64,000 nucleotides of DNA from an uncultured Pseudomonadota bacterium (GTDB lineage: Bacteria; Pseudomonadota; Alphaproteobacteria; Rhizobiales; Xanthobacteraceae), in assembly GCA_963829785.1 (NCBI GenBank), contig CAWHJZ010000013.1:65377-129376 (forward strand), in the 5' to 3' direction. The notes under the pieces were generated by a model. The model was not told where the DNA came from. It ran no database searches and saw only the letters and a program-made list of their open reading frames with translations. The translations under genes and the position numbers were made by a program. This document shows positions 12,471-21,963 of this stretch, piece after piece (within the stretch, counting starts at the first letter, position 1; each line of letters begins with the position of its first letter).

Positions 12471-13157
12471 ATGTCCAACAAGCGGACCATCCTGATCGTC
12501 GACGACGACACCGAGCTGCGCGAGGCGCTGGTCGAGCAGCTGGCGCTGCATGAGGAATTCGAGGCTATCGCCGTCGACAGCGGCACCAAGGCGGTGCAGG
12601 AGGCCAAAAGCGGCCAGATCGACCTGGTGATCATGGATGTCGGCCTGCCCGACGTCGACGGGCGCGAGGTCGTGCGCATCCTGCGCAAGAATGGCTTCAA
12701 GGCGCCGATCATCATGCTGACCGGGCATGACACCGACAGCGACACCATCCTCGGCCTCGAATCCGGCGCCAACGACTATGTCATCAAGCCGTTCCGCTTC
12801 GCGGTGCTGCTGGCGCGCATCCGCGCCCAGCTTCGTCAGCACGAGGCGAGCGAGGATGCGGTCTTCACCATCGGGCCCTATACCTTCCGGCCGTCATCCA
12901 AGGTGCTGCTCACGCCCAAGGGCACCAAGGTGCGCCTGACCGAGAAGGAAACCGCCATCCTGCGCTATCTCTACCGCGCCGGGCAAAAGCCGGTGTCACG
13001 CGAGACGCTGCTGCAGGAAGTGTGGGGCTACAATTCCGGCGTCACTACCCATACGCTGGAAACGCATATCTACCGGCTGCGGCAGAAAGTGGAGAAGGAT
13101 GCCGCCGCGCCCGCAATCCTGGTGACGGAAGCCGGCGGCTACAAGCTGGTGCCGTGA
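12471..13157 (+). CDS. cenR: OmpR-family response regulator, CenR/OtpR-like
   Basis: Receiver plus winged helix (LTEKE...VWGYNSGVTTHTLETHIYRLRQK); followed by cNMP-binding gene and convergent xth, the usual rhizobial context. Confidence 0.8.
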   Translation: MSNKRTILIVDDDTELREALVEQLALHEEFEAIAVDSGTKAVQEAKSGQIDLVIMDVGLPDVDGREVVRILRKNGFKAPIIMLTGHDTDSDTILGLESGANDYVIKPFRFAVLLARIRAQLRQHEASEDAVFTIGPYTFRPSSKVLLTPKGTKVRLTEKETAILRYLYRAGQKPVSRETLLQEVWGYNSGVTTHTLETHIYRLRQKVEKDAAAPAILVTEAGGYKLVP

Positions 13158-13168
13158 GCCCTTATTCT

Positions 13169-13213
13169 CGTCATTCCGGGACATGCGCGCGGCCGGGCGA
13201 AGCCGGGATGACG
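13169..13213. repeat. Degenerate CGTCAT-type REP palindrome
   Basis: CGTCATTCCGG...CCGGGATGACG. Confidence 0.65.
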
Positions 13214-13221
13214 TGAACGAT

Positions 13222-13684
13222 ATGGGTCTCGAAGACGACATCGCCTTTTTCGAACAGGTGCCGACCCTCGCGGTGCTGGGCAAGCAGGCCTTGCGCGTGC
13301 TGGCGATCGGCGCGGAGACGCGCCATCTGCAAAGCGGCGCGGTGCTGTATCTATGCCGGCGAGCTCGCCGACGGCGGCTACATCGTGCAGGAAGGCTCGA
13401 TGGTGGTGGAGCCGGAGGGCGCGCAAGGGCACGAATACACCGTCGGACCCGGCACGCTGCTGGGCGAACTGGCGTTGCTCACCGACACCATCAGCCCGGT
13501 GACCGCGATCGCCCGGGAGCCGACGGTGCTGGTCCGCATTTCGCGCGGCCTGTTCCGCAAGATGCTGGAAGGTTATCCGGCGGCCGCTCTGCGGTTGCGC
13601 GACGAGATGGCCGGACGGGTCGACAGTTGGACGCAAGAACTTACCAGCGTGCAGCAGAAGCTGGAGCGGGGCGCAAAGAAATAA
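13222..13684 (+). CDS. Cyclic nucleotide-binding domain protein, frameshifted near 13350
   Basis: LEDDIAFFEQVPTL...; VGPGTLLGELALL; FRKMLEGYP. Confidence 0.85.
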
Positions 13685-13695
13685 TGCTGCCGCAC

Positions 13696-13860
13696 GTGTC
13701 CCGGATGCCGTGCGGCGCGCATAAGCGCGTTTACGCGCGTCTTCGACACGCTATGCGGTGCTCCGCTGATCCGGGACCCAGCTTTCTTATTTTCTTATTG
13801 AGCCAACCGGGTCCGGGGTCTGCGGCGCATCACTGGCGTGCTGGGCCGCGCCCGGGACAC
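13696..13860. repeat. REPIN-like element with GTGTCCCGG / CCGGGACAC termini and two hairpin halves
   Basis: 9-bp terminal inverted repeats; T-rich central spacer; nested GCATA...TATGC insert 13719-13756. Confidence 0.7.
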
Positions 13861-13863
13861 AAG

Positions 13864-14683
13864 TCAGAGTTCGAACCTTGTCGTCACCGGTACGTGGTCG
13901 GAGGGGCGCTCGGCGCCGCGGTAATCCTTGGCGATTTTGATTCTGGACACGCGGTCGGCGAGCGCGTCCGAGGTCCAGACGTGATCGAGCCGGCGGCCGC
14001 GGTTTGCCTCGCGCCAGTTGCCCATGGCGCGATAGCTCCACCAGGTGAACAGCTTCTCCGGCTCGGGCGTGAGCACGCGCATGGAATCGATCCAACCGCC
14101 GGCTTCACGCGCGGCGGTGAGCTTCTCGCATTCGATCGGCGTGTGCGAGACCACCTTGAGCATCTGCTTGTGGCTCCAGACGTCGTGCTCGAGCGGCGCC
14201 ACGTTGAGATCGCCGACGAGAATGGCGCGCTGGTTCTTCTTCGGCCGCAGGCGCTTTGTGCGCGCGCATCTCGTCGAGGAAGGAAAGCTTGTGCTCGAAC
14301 TTCTCGTTCACCTCCGGGTCGGGCTCGTCGCCGCCGGCCGGCACGTAGAAATTATGCAGCGTGATCGGGTCCTTCAGGCCGGCGCGCTCGCCCAGCACCA
14401 CCGAGACGTGGCGGCAGTCGGTCTTGCCGCAGAAATTCTCGATCGACGTCTTCTCGAACGGCACGCGCGAGAGAATGGCGACGCCGTGATAGCCCTTCTG
14501 GCCGTTGAGCGCGGCGTACTCGTAGCCCAGGCGCTTGAAGCGCTTGAGCGGGAAGGCGTCGTCCGGGCACTTGGTTTCCTGCAGGCAGAGCACGTCGGGG
14601 CGCGCGCTCTTGAGGAACTTGGCGACCAGGTCGATGCGCAGGCGGACGGAATTGATATTCCAGGTGGTGACGGTGAGAGGCAT
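13864..14683 (-). CDS. xth: Exodeoxyribonuclease III, frameshifted near 14250
   Basis: TWNINSVR, LCLQETK, GYHGVAILS, NFYVPAGG; FTWWSYR, RRLDHVW, PSDHVPV. Confidence 0.93.
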
Positions 14684-14828
14684 GGATGCAACATAGTCAT
14701 CCATCGTGCCCCGGGGAAGCGGGGCGCCCGCTATCCACACCTTGTCCGGCGATCATCGGGCGTAGCGATGAAAGGACGCGGTCCCGTTCCGCCGCCGAGC
14801 GGCGACGTTGGGACGCCGCTTCGAGCGG

Positions 14829-15710
14829 TTAATTGGCGGTAGAAGAATTCGGGTAGCGCGTGTAGTCGATGCGGAACAGGCTGGGGTCGGGCTTGGTGTT
14901 GGGATCGAGATTGTAGACCGCCACGGTGGTGTCGTAGCCCTGCGGGTCGGTCACGGTCCACTGCTTGAGCTGCATGTCCTTGGCGGAGAACATGATCATC
15001 AGCCGGCTGGTGCCGACGAGGCCGTTCTTCTCCTCGACCACCACGGTGATGAACACGTCGTCGGCATAGACCGCGACCAGATTGGTGTCCTTCATCAGAT
15101 TGACGTGGTCGGCGAGCAGGAAGCGCAGCGGCGTCTGCGACAGCGGGTAGACGTCCTGGGTCGCCAGATTGCGGTCGCGCACCACCACGGATTGGCCGTC
15201 GGCGATGATCTCGGTCGGGCTCGGCGGATCGTATTCGAAGCGCATCTTGCCCGGCTTGGAGATGATAGAAGTCGCCCTTGCTGCGGCTGCCGTTCGGGTC
15301 CGACCTGGACGAAATTGCCCTCCAGCGTCAGCACGCTGGACAGATAATTGTCGACCTTCTGGATGATGGCGCGCTGCTTGGGGTCGAGCGCGGTGGTGCT
15401 GCCGGTGCTGCCGAGCAGGGCGGCGAAGGGATTGGAGACCGGGTTCGGCGCCTGCTGCGCCGCAGCGGGCGTGATCTGCCCATGCGGCGACGGTGCCTGC
15501 GCGCGTGCGTGCCATGCGCGCGCCGGGACGGCGGCGAGACGCGCGCCGAGCGCGCCGGTGGTGAGATGCGTGTTGTGGCGGGCGCGGCCGCGGCAGCGGC
15601 ACGTTCTGCAACATGGAGCTTGCCGCCAGCGCCGGGGCGGCGGTGAGGCAGGCCAGCAGTGCGGCCAAAGCCAGCGTGCGGCCGTTTCGCGCCTTGTGGT
15701 GTCCCGCCAT
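14829..15710 (-). CDS. lolA: Outer-membrane lipoprotein carrier LolA (frameshifted)
   Basis: Signal peptide, LEGNFVQVGP, KPGKMRFEYDPP, YPLSQTPLRFLL, LKQWTVTDPQG; downstream of ftsK. Confidence 0.88.
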   Translation of the reverse strand: MAGHHKARNGRTLALAALLACLTAAPALAASSMLQNVPLPRPRPPQHASHHRRARRASRRRPGARMARTRAGTVAAWADHARCGAAGAEPGLQSLRRPARQHRQHHRARPQAARHHPEGRQLSVQRADAGGQFRPGRTRTAAAARATSIISKPGKMRFEYDPPSPTEIIADGQSVVVRDRNLATQDVYPLSQTPLRFLLADHVNLMKDTNLVAVYADDVFITVVVEEKNGLVGTSRLMIMFSAKDMQLKQWTVTDPQGYDTTVAVYNLDPNTKPDPSLFRIDYTRYPNSSTAN

Positions 15711-15804
15711 CACGATCTCCGCCTCGCGTCCCCTGTAACCCCGGGCCATATAGGGGCCGGGTGTGGCTATTTCGCGACTCCAGCGATTCTGACGACCTTC
15801 TTCC

Positions 15805-15879
15805 TTGCGCATGACCTTGTCCGAAAACCGACATCCATCCCCGATCAAGCCGGGGACAATAATTTTCGGAGCCATGCAC
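15805..15879. repeat. Degenerate GCATGATC/AAGTGG-CCGGTT family palindrome with internal hairpin insert
   Basis: Resembles reverse complement of 56590-56638; extra TCCCCG-ATCAAGC-CGGGGA hairpin at 15838-15856. Confidence 0.6.
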
Positions 15880-15907
15880 TCCGGCTTAAACGCGGAGAGC
15901 GCGATTC

Positions 15908-18369
15908 TCAATAGCGATCCTGCCCCTCTTCTTGGATCAGGATCTCGCGTTTGCCGGCATGGTTGGGCTGGCCGACGATGCCTTCCTGTTCCATGCGCTC
16001 CATATGGTGGCGGCGCGGTTATAGCCGATCTGCAGCCGGCGCTGGATGTAGGAGGTGGAGGCCTTGCGGTCGCGCTTCACGATGGCGACGGCCTGCTGGT
16101 AAGAGATCGCCGCCTTCGGCCATGCCCATGCCGGTGGCATCGAACACGGCGCCGTCCTCGCCGGTCAGCTCTTCCTCGGAGGCGGTGACCTCTTCCAGAT
16201 AGTCCGGCTGGCCTTGCGACTTCAGATGGCGCACCACCTTCTCGACCTCGTCGTCGGAAACGAACGGCCCGTGCACGCGGCTGATGCGGCCGCCGCCGGC
16301 CATGTAGAGCATGTCGCCCTGGCCGAGCAGCTGCTCGGCGCCCATGCTCGCCCAGGATGGTGCGGCTGTCGATCTTGGAGGTGACCTGGAAGGAGATGCG
16401 GGTCGGGAAGTTGGCCTTGATGGTGCCGGTGATGACGTCGACCGAGGGACGCTGCGTCGCCAGGATGCAGTGGATGCCGGCGGCGCGCGCCATCTGCGCC
16501 AGGCGCTGGATGGCGCCTTCGATGTCCTTGCCGGCGACCATCATCAGGTCGGCCATCTCGTCGACGATCACCACCACGAAGGGCAGCGGCTCGAGGTCGA
16601 GCTCCTCCTTCTCGTAGATCGCTTCGCCGGATTCCTTGTCGTAGCCGGTGTGCACGGTGCGGGTGAGCATCTCGCCTTTCGCTTTCGCTTCGGCAAGGCG
16701 CTGCATTGTAGCCCTCGATGTTGCGCACGCCGAGCTTCGACATCTTCTTGTAGCGCTCTTCCATCTCGCGCACCGCCCATTTGAGCGCGACCACCGCCTT
16801 CTTCGGATCGGTGACGACGGGCGTGAGCAGATGCGGGATGCCGTCATAGACGGAGAGCTCGAGCATCTTGGGATCGACCATGATCAGCCGGCACTGCTGC
16901 GGCGATAGCCGGTAGACCAGCGACAGGATCATGGTGTTGATGGCGACCGATTTGCCGGAGCCGGTGGTGCCGGCGATCAGCAGATGCGGCATGCGCGCGA
17001 GGTCGACGATCACCGACTCGCCGCCGATGGTCTTGCCGAGGCAGAGCGGCAGCTTGGCGGTGTGCTCGTTGTAGTCCTTGCCGGACAAGCAGCTCGCGCA
17101 AGACCACTTTCTCGCGCGTCGGGTTGGGCAGTTCGATGCCGATGGCGTTGCGGCCCGACACGACCGCGACGCGCGCCGACACCGCGCTCATGGAGCGGGC
17201 GATATCGTCGGCGAGCCCGATAACGCGCGACGACTTGATGCCGGGCGCCGGCTCCAGTTCGTACAGCGTGACCACCGGGCCGGGGCGGGCGTTGATGATC
17301 TCGCCGCGCACGCCGAAATCCTGCAGCACGGTTTCGAGCGACTGGGCGTTGGTCTCGAGCGGCCTCCTTCGACAGGGTGGTGCGGTCGGAGGCCTTGGCC
17401 GCGCTTAAGCAGGTTGAGCGAGGGCAACGTGAAGCCACTGCCGGAGCGGCGGGCCGGCGCTTTTGGCGCGGCAGCACGGCGGCGCGGCGCGGGCGCGGCG
17501 TCCTCCTCCTCGTCTTCGTATTCTTCCTCGTTATCTTCGAATTGCTCAGGCACGAGTTGCGGCGCGCCGGCGCCGCCTTCGAAGCGCGGCTCGACGCGTT
17601 TGCCCGGCGCCGGCGCTTTGACGCGCGGCGCGGTGTCCCGCGGGCGGTGGATGAAGCGCACGAGGCGCGCCTTCCAGCTCAACAGCGCGTGCACCACAAA
17701 GCCGAGCCAGGGATTGGCGCGGTCCCTCTCTTCGTCGTCTTCCTCGTCCTCTTCAGGCTCTTCTTCCTCTTCCGCCTCGTCCTCTTCCGCCGCGGCGCGA
17801 CGCCAATGCCAGCCGGTGGCGAGCACGAGCGCGATGGCCGTGGCGACGAACAGGACGAAGCCGCTGACGAGCAGCGCGAGACCGCCGAGCGGCCAGCCGA
17901 AGAGCAGGGCCGGGACGCGCAACAGCGCATCGCCGCAGACGCCGCCGAGGCCGGTCGGCAGCGGCCAGGATCCGATGCGCGGCAGCGTGGAGATGAAGCC
18001 GGCGGCCAGCAGCGTGACCGCGATCCACACCAGGCCGCGCCATTTCGCGCCGAGCGGCCGGTGCGACAACAGCCGCCAGCCGAGCAGCGCCTCCGGCGCC
18101 AGCAGCAGCACGCTGGCCAAGCCCAGCAATTGCATGGCCAGGTCGGAGAAGATCGCGCCGGGATAGCCGAGCAGATTGTGGATCGGCTTTTGGGTCGCGT
18201 GGCTGAGCGAGGGATCCTGCACCGACCAGGTGGCGAGCGCGATCGCACCGAGCAGCGCGACGGTCAGCAATGAAATGCCGGCGAGCTCGCGCAACCGCCG
18301 CCGCAGGAAATCGCGGGCATGGTCGGTGATGAAAGCAACGGCGTCGACGCTGCGATCCGTAGCCGGCAT
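15908..18369 (-). CDS. ftsK: DNA translocase FtsK (several apparent frameshifts)
   Basis: N-terminal TMs; [19 protein letters not shown]; [14 protein letters not shown]; DEMADLMM; [12 protein letters not shown]; gamma domain [17 protein letters not shown]. Confidence 0.95.
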
Positions 18370-18377
18370 TAACACCT

Positions 18378-19597
18378 CTATTCTCTAACAACGCGACGAG
18401 ACGATGCAGCGCCTCCGCCGTCGCGGTCTTGTCCTGCACCATGGCGACGCGGATGTAGTCCGCGCCGGGATTGGAGCCATCGGCCTGATTGCGCGCGAGA
18501 TAGCGCCCGGGCACCACGCGCACGCCGGCCTCAGCCCACAGCTTCTTGGTCACGGCTTCGCTGCCGCCATGAGCGGAAACGTCGAGCCAGAGAAAGAAGC
18601 CGCCCGCCGGCCGCTCGTAGCCGTAGCGGTTGCCGATGATCTGGTCGGCGAGATCGAACTTTGCATTGTAGAGCCGGCGGTTCTCTTCGACGTGGCTTTC
18701 GTCGCTATAGGCGGCGACCGCGACGTGCTGCGCCGGCACCGGCACCTGCGGCGCCGCGACGTTGCGCAGTTCGAGAAAGGCGGCGAGGAAATTCTTGTCG
18801 CCGGCGGCAAAGCCGACGCGCAGGCCCGGCAGGTTCGAGCGCTTCGACAGCGAATGGAATACGATCACGTTGTCGAAGTCGGGCGCGGACGCTTCCAGCA
18901 TGCCCGACGGCGCGTGCTCGCTGTAGATCTCACAATAGCACTCGTCGGCAAAGACGAGAAAGCCGTAGCGCCGCGCCAGCGCGGTGAGCTTGTCGAGATA
19001 GGCGCGGTCCGCCACCGCGCCTTGCGGGTTCGACGGCGAGGCGAGGTAGAAGACGACGGTACGCTTGAGCAGCGTTTCGTCGAGCGCGTCGAGGTCGGGC
19101 AGGAATGCGCTTTCGCGCGTCGCCGGCAGATAGACCGGCTCGCAATGGGCCGCGAGCGCGCCCGCCGCATAAGCGGCATAGAACGGATTGGGGATCAGCA
19201 TCGCCGGTTGGCCGACGCGCGGGGGCACCCAGCGCTGCGCGGCAATCGCGGCGAGAAACAAGCCTTCACGGGTGCCATTGAGCACCAGCACTTCGCTGTC
19301 CGGATCCACCGGACGCGGCAGCGGATAGCGGCGGCCGAGCCATTGCGCGACGGCCTGGCGGAACGGCTCGATGCCCTTGTTGGGCGGATAGCGGCCGAAG
19401 TCGTTGAGATGCTCCGCCAGCACCGGGCCGACGAAGGGCGGGATCGGATGCTGCGGCTCGCCGACCGAGAGGTTGATCATGGGCTGGCCGGGCGCGATGC
19501 CGGCGATCAGGTCGGTCAGCCGCACGAAAGGCGAGCGGGATTCGACCCCCGGGGGGGTGGGGGCGGCAGACGGGCGCTTTGCTGAGGTCGTGGACAT
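18378..19597 (-). CDS. Class I/II PLP aminotransferase (DapC-like); 3' end approximate
   Basis: LSVGEPQHP, SPSNPQG, DECYCEIY, HSLSKRSNLPGLRVGF. Confidence 0.88.
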
Positions 19598-19718
19598 TGC
19601 GATTAAGTTTCGCTGGCGCCTGCTCTTTTCCCGAAAAGCCGGTCCCCGTAGGAAAGCGGATGCGCCGCAGGGTTTCGGCCCGCGGCACAAGGGGTCGGTT
19701 ACCTTAGAGACGGCGAGG

Positions 19719-19737
19719 TTAAGACCCGATTAACCAT
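19719..19737. promoter_or_regulatory. CtrA-binding box upstream of aminotransferase-ftsK
   Basis: TTAA-GACCCGA-TTAACCAT is an exact TTAA-N7-TTAAC match. Confidence 0.65.
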
Positions 19738-19813
19738 CGGTGCCCGGTGCCGCCGAATAAATATTCCTGCACCGCTTGCCGCCTTCGCATTCACGGCCTT
19801 CGGAAGCCGGGCA

Positions 19814-20734
19814 CTAGTGGTCCGATTCCGGCATTTGCATCCCTCTGCCGTCTTGCGTGGCGTCGATCAGCCAGTGGCGGAAGGCGGCAAAAGCCGGCTC
19901 CTCCCGCCGCGCCGGCTTGTAGACGAGGTACCAGGCCTCGCCCTTCGGCACCGTGAGCGCGAAGGGCGTCACCAGGCGCTTGGCCGCGAGGTCGTCGTCG
20001 ATATAGGGCCGGATGCCCATGGCAACACCCACGCCGTCGGCGGCGGCTTGCTGCGCCTGGCCGTAATACTCGAACTGCGGGCCTGACAGCGCCGCGCCAG
20101 CGACGCCAGCCGCCTTCAGCCAGCGCGGCCAATCGTCGAGCGCATGGGTCACGCGCAGCAGCGTCGCGTGTTTCAAATCGGCCGGATTCTCAAGGGTTTC
20201 GGCGAGCCCCGGCGAACAAACCGGCACGAGATCGGCTGCGAACAGCGGCTCGGCCGCAAGCTCCGGCCACGCGCCACTGCCGAGCTTGATGCCGCAGGTC
20301 CAGTCGTCGGCAAACGGCGCGGCCGCGCCGCCGGTGGTGATGCGGACGTCGGTATCCGGTTCAAGTTCCTGAAACGACGCCAGCCGCGGAATGAGCCAGC
20401 GGATGGCGAAGGTCGGCCCGACGCCGACCGTCAGTACGCGCGGATTGGCGAGCGCGGTGACCTGGGCGGTGAGGTTCGCAAGCGCATCGAAGATCGGCGT
20501 GAGTCCGGCCTGGTAGGCGTGGCCGGCGGGCGTCAGCTCGAGACCGTTGGGCCTGCGCCGGAACAGGGGCAGCGCCAGGCGGTCTTCCAGGAGCCGCACC
20601 ATGCGGCTGATGGCGGCCGGCGTGACGTTCAGCTCTTGTGCGGCTGCGGCGAAGCTGCCGCTGCGTGCCGCAGCTTCGAATGCTTTGATTCCATTCAAGA
20701 AAGGTAGCCTGCGCAGGGTCGTATCCTCCAGCAA
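19814..20734 (-). CDS. LysR-family regulator, GcvA-like
   Basis: LPFLNGIKAFEAAARSGSFAAAAQELNVTPAAISR HTH; FAIRWLIPRLASF. Confidence 0.92.
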   Translation of the reverse strand: MLEDTTLRRLPFLNGIKAFEAAARSGSFAAAAQELNVTPAAISRMVRLLEDRLALPLFRRRPNGLELTPAGHAYQAGLTPIFDALANLTAQVTALANPRVLTVGVGPTFAIRWLIPRLASFQELEPDTDVRITTGGAAAPFADDWTCGIKLGSGAWPELAAEPLFAADLVPVCSPGLAETLENPADLKHATLLRVTHALDDWPRWLKAAGVAGAALSGPQFEYYGQAQQAAADGVGVAMGIRPYIDDDLAAKRLVTPFALTVPKGEAWYLVYKPARREEPAFAAFRHWLIDATQDGRGMQMPESDH

Positions 20735-20737
20735 GCA

Positions 20738-20763
20738 TCAAGAAAACTGAGCCTCATGCTCAG
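20738..20763. promoter_or_regulatory. Candidate LysR operator
   Basis: TCA-AGAAAAC-TGA (T-N11-A dyad) overlapping CTGAGC-N5-GCTCAG between the divergent LysR and TauE genes. Confidence 0.5.
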
Positions 20764-20823
20764 ATAACTCTGTTTGCCGGCCGGGGGCAAGGGGCGCACC
20801 TAAGCGGCCCGGAGGTGCGCCGC

Positions 20824-21585
20824 ATGACCACCGTTCTGATGATCGCGATCGGGCTGTCGATGTTCGTGACGGCCTTTCTGTCCGGGGTCTTCGGCATGGC
20901 CGGCGGCATGATCCTGATCGGGATCCTGCTGGCGATCCTGCCCTTGCCCGCCGCCATGGCGCTGCATGCGGTGACGCAGATGGCCTCGAACGTCTGGCGC
21001 GGGTTGTTGTGGTGGCGCTACATCCGGCTCGGCGCCGCGGCCGGGTATCTGCTCGGCTGCGGCCTCGCGATGGCAGGGTGGTCGCTGTTTCGCTACGTGC
21101 CGGACAAGGCGGTGGCCATGCTCATGCTGGGCGCGACGCCGTTCGCCGTGCGCTTGCTGCCGGCGCAGTTCAAGCCCGACCCCGAACGGCTCGGTCATGG
21201 CGTCGCGTACGGCATGATCTGCATGACGCTGATTTTGCTCACCGGTGTCGCCGGGCCGATGGTCGACTCGTTCTTTCTCGGCGGCCGCCTCGACCGGCGC
21301 GAGATGGTCGCAACCAAGGCCTTGTGCCAGGTGTTCGGCCACGCCGCCAAGCTGGTCTATTTCGGCGGCATGATCGCGCAGGCCGCCACCATCGACGTGA
21401 ACATGATGGCGATCGCGATCGCCGCGACGGTGGCCGGCACCACCGTGGCGCGGCGTTTCCTCGAGGCGATGACCGACAGCCAGTTTCGAACCTGGGCGGG
21501 CCGCATCATCAATTCGATCTGCGGCTATTACGTGCTGCAGGGCAGTTACCTGCTGATCGCGCCTTTGATGTGGAGGGTGCTGTGA
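20824..21585 (+). CDS. TauE/SafE (TSUP) family membrane transporter
   Basis: LSGVFGMAGGMIL motif, about 8 hydrophobic segments, GVAGP in second half. Confidence 0.85.
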   Translation: MTTVLMIAIGLSMFVTAFLSGVFGMAGGMILIGILLAILPLPAAMALHAVTQMASNVWRGLLWWRYIRLGAAAGYLLGCGLAMAGWSLFRYVPDKAVAMLMLGATPFAVRLLPAQFKPDPERLGHGVAYGMICMTLILLTGVAGPMVDSFFLGGRLDRREMVATKALCQVFGHAAKLVYFGGMIAQAATIDVNMMAIAIAATVAGTTVARRFLEAMTDSQFRTWAGRIINSICGYYVLQGSYLLIAPLMWRVL

Positions 21586-21845
21586 TGCCGCCCGTGGTGG
21601 ATGAAGGCCTCGATAGCCTGGTGCTCGATCTTCTGGAATGGATCGCGAAGGAGCCGCGCAGCTATCGGCAAACGATGGACGCTTGGCGTACCTCCTGCCC
21701 GCGGCTGCCGGTGTGGGAAGAAGCGGTCGACCGCGGTTTTGTCGTGCGCGAGTGCTCGGGCGATGGCGTGCGGGTGAAGACGACCGATAAGGGCTTTGCT
21801 TTTCTCGCGCGGCACGGCTGCGTCGTCACGCGCGCGCCCCAATAA
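21585..21845 (+). CDS. Small hypothetical protein (86 aa) with WRTSCPRL motif
   Basis: TGATG stop/start overlap with TauE, GGAGG upstream; LVLDLLEWI...AWRTSCPRLPVWEEAVDRGFV. Confidence 0.75.
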   Translation: MPPVVDEGLDSLVLDLLEWIAKEPRSYRQTMDAWRTSCPRLPVWEEAVDRGFVVRECSGDGVRVKTTDKGFAFLARHGCVVTRAPQ

Positions 21846-21847
21846 GA

Positions 21848-21877
21848 GAGGCCCCGGTCCTTTCGAACCGGGGCCTC
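21848..21877. terminator. Probable terminator between convergent genes
   Basis: GAGGCCCCGGT...ACCGGGGCCTC 11-bp stem; TCTTATT follows on the minus strand. Confidence 0.6.
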
Positions 21878-21963
21878 AACGGGAGGGACAGTGCCGGGTT
21901 TCCGCCCCTACCGCTAGCTTGTGCGCATCATCCCGTGCGGGATCATGCTCGGTGTCGCGGTTC

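Noticed and set aside
15908-18369. ftsK (and leuS, lolA, hemC, hemD, acs) as pseudogenes or programmed frameshifts
   Set aside because: Core genes with intact motifs on both sides of isolated indels and no slippery-site pattern; consensus error is more parsimonious
17753-19690. 645-aa aminotransferase ORF extending over the ftsK 5' end, suggesting a fusion
   Set aside because: The extension is out of frame with FtsK and looks like off-frame sequence; probably a stop near 18378 missed through an indel
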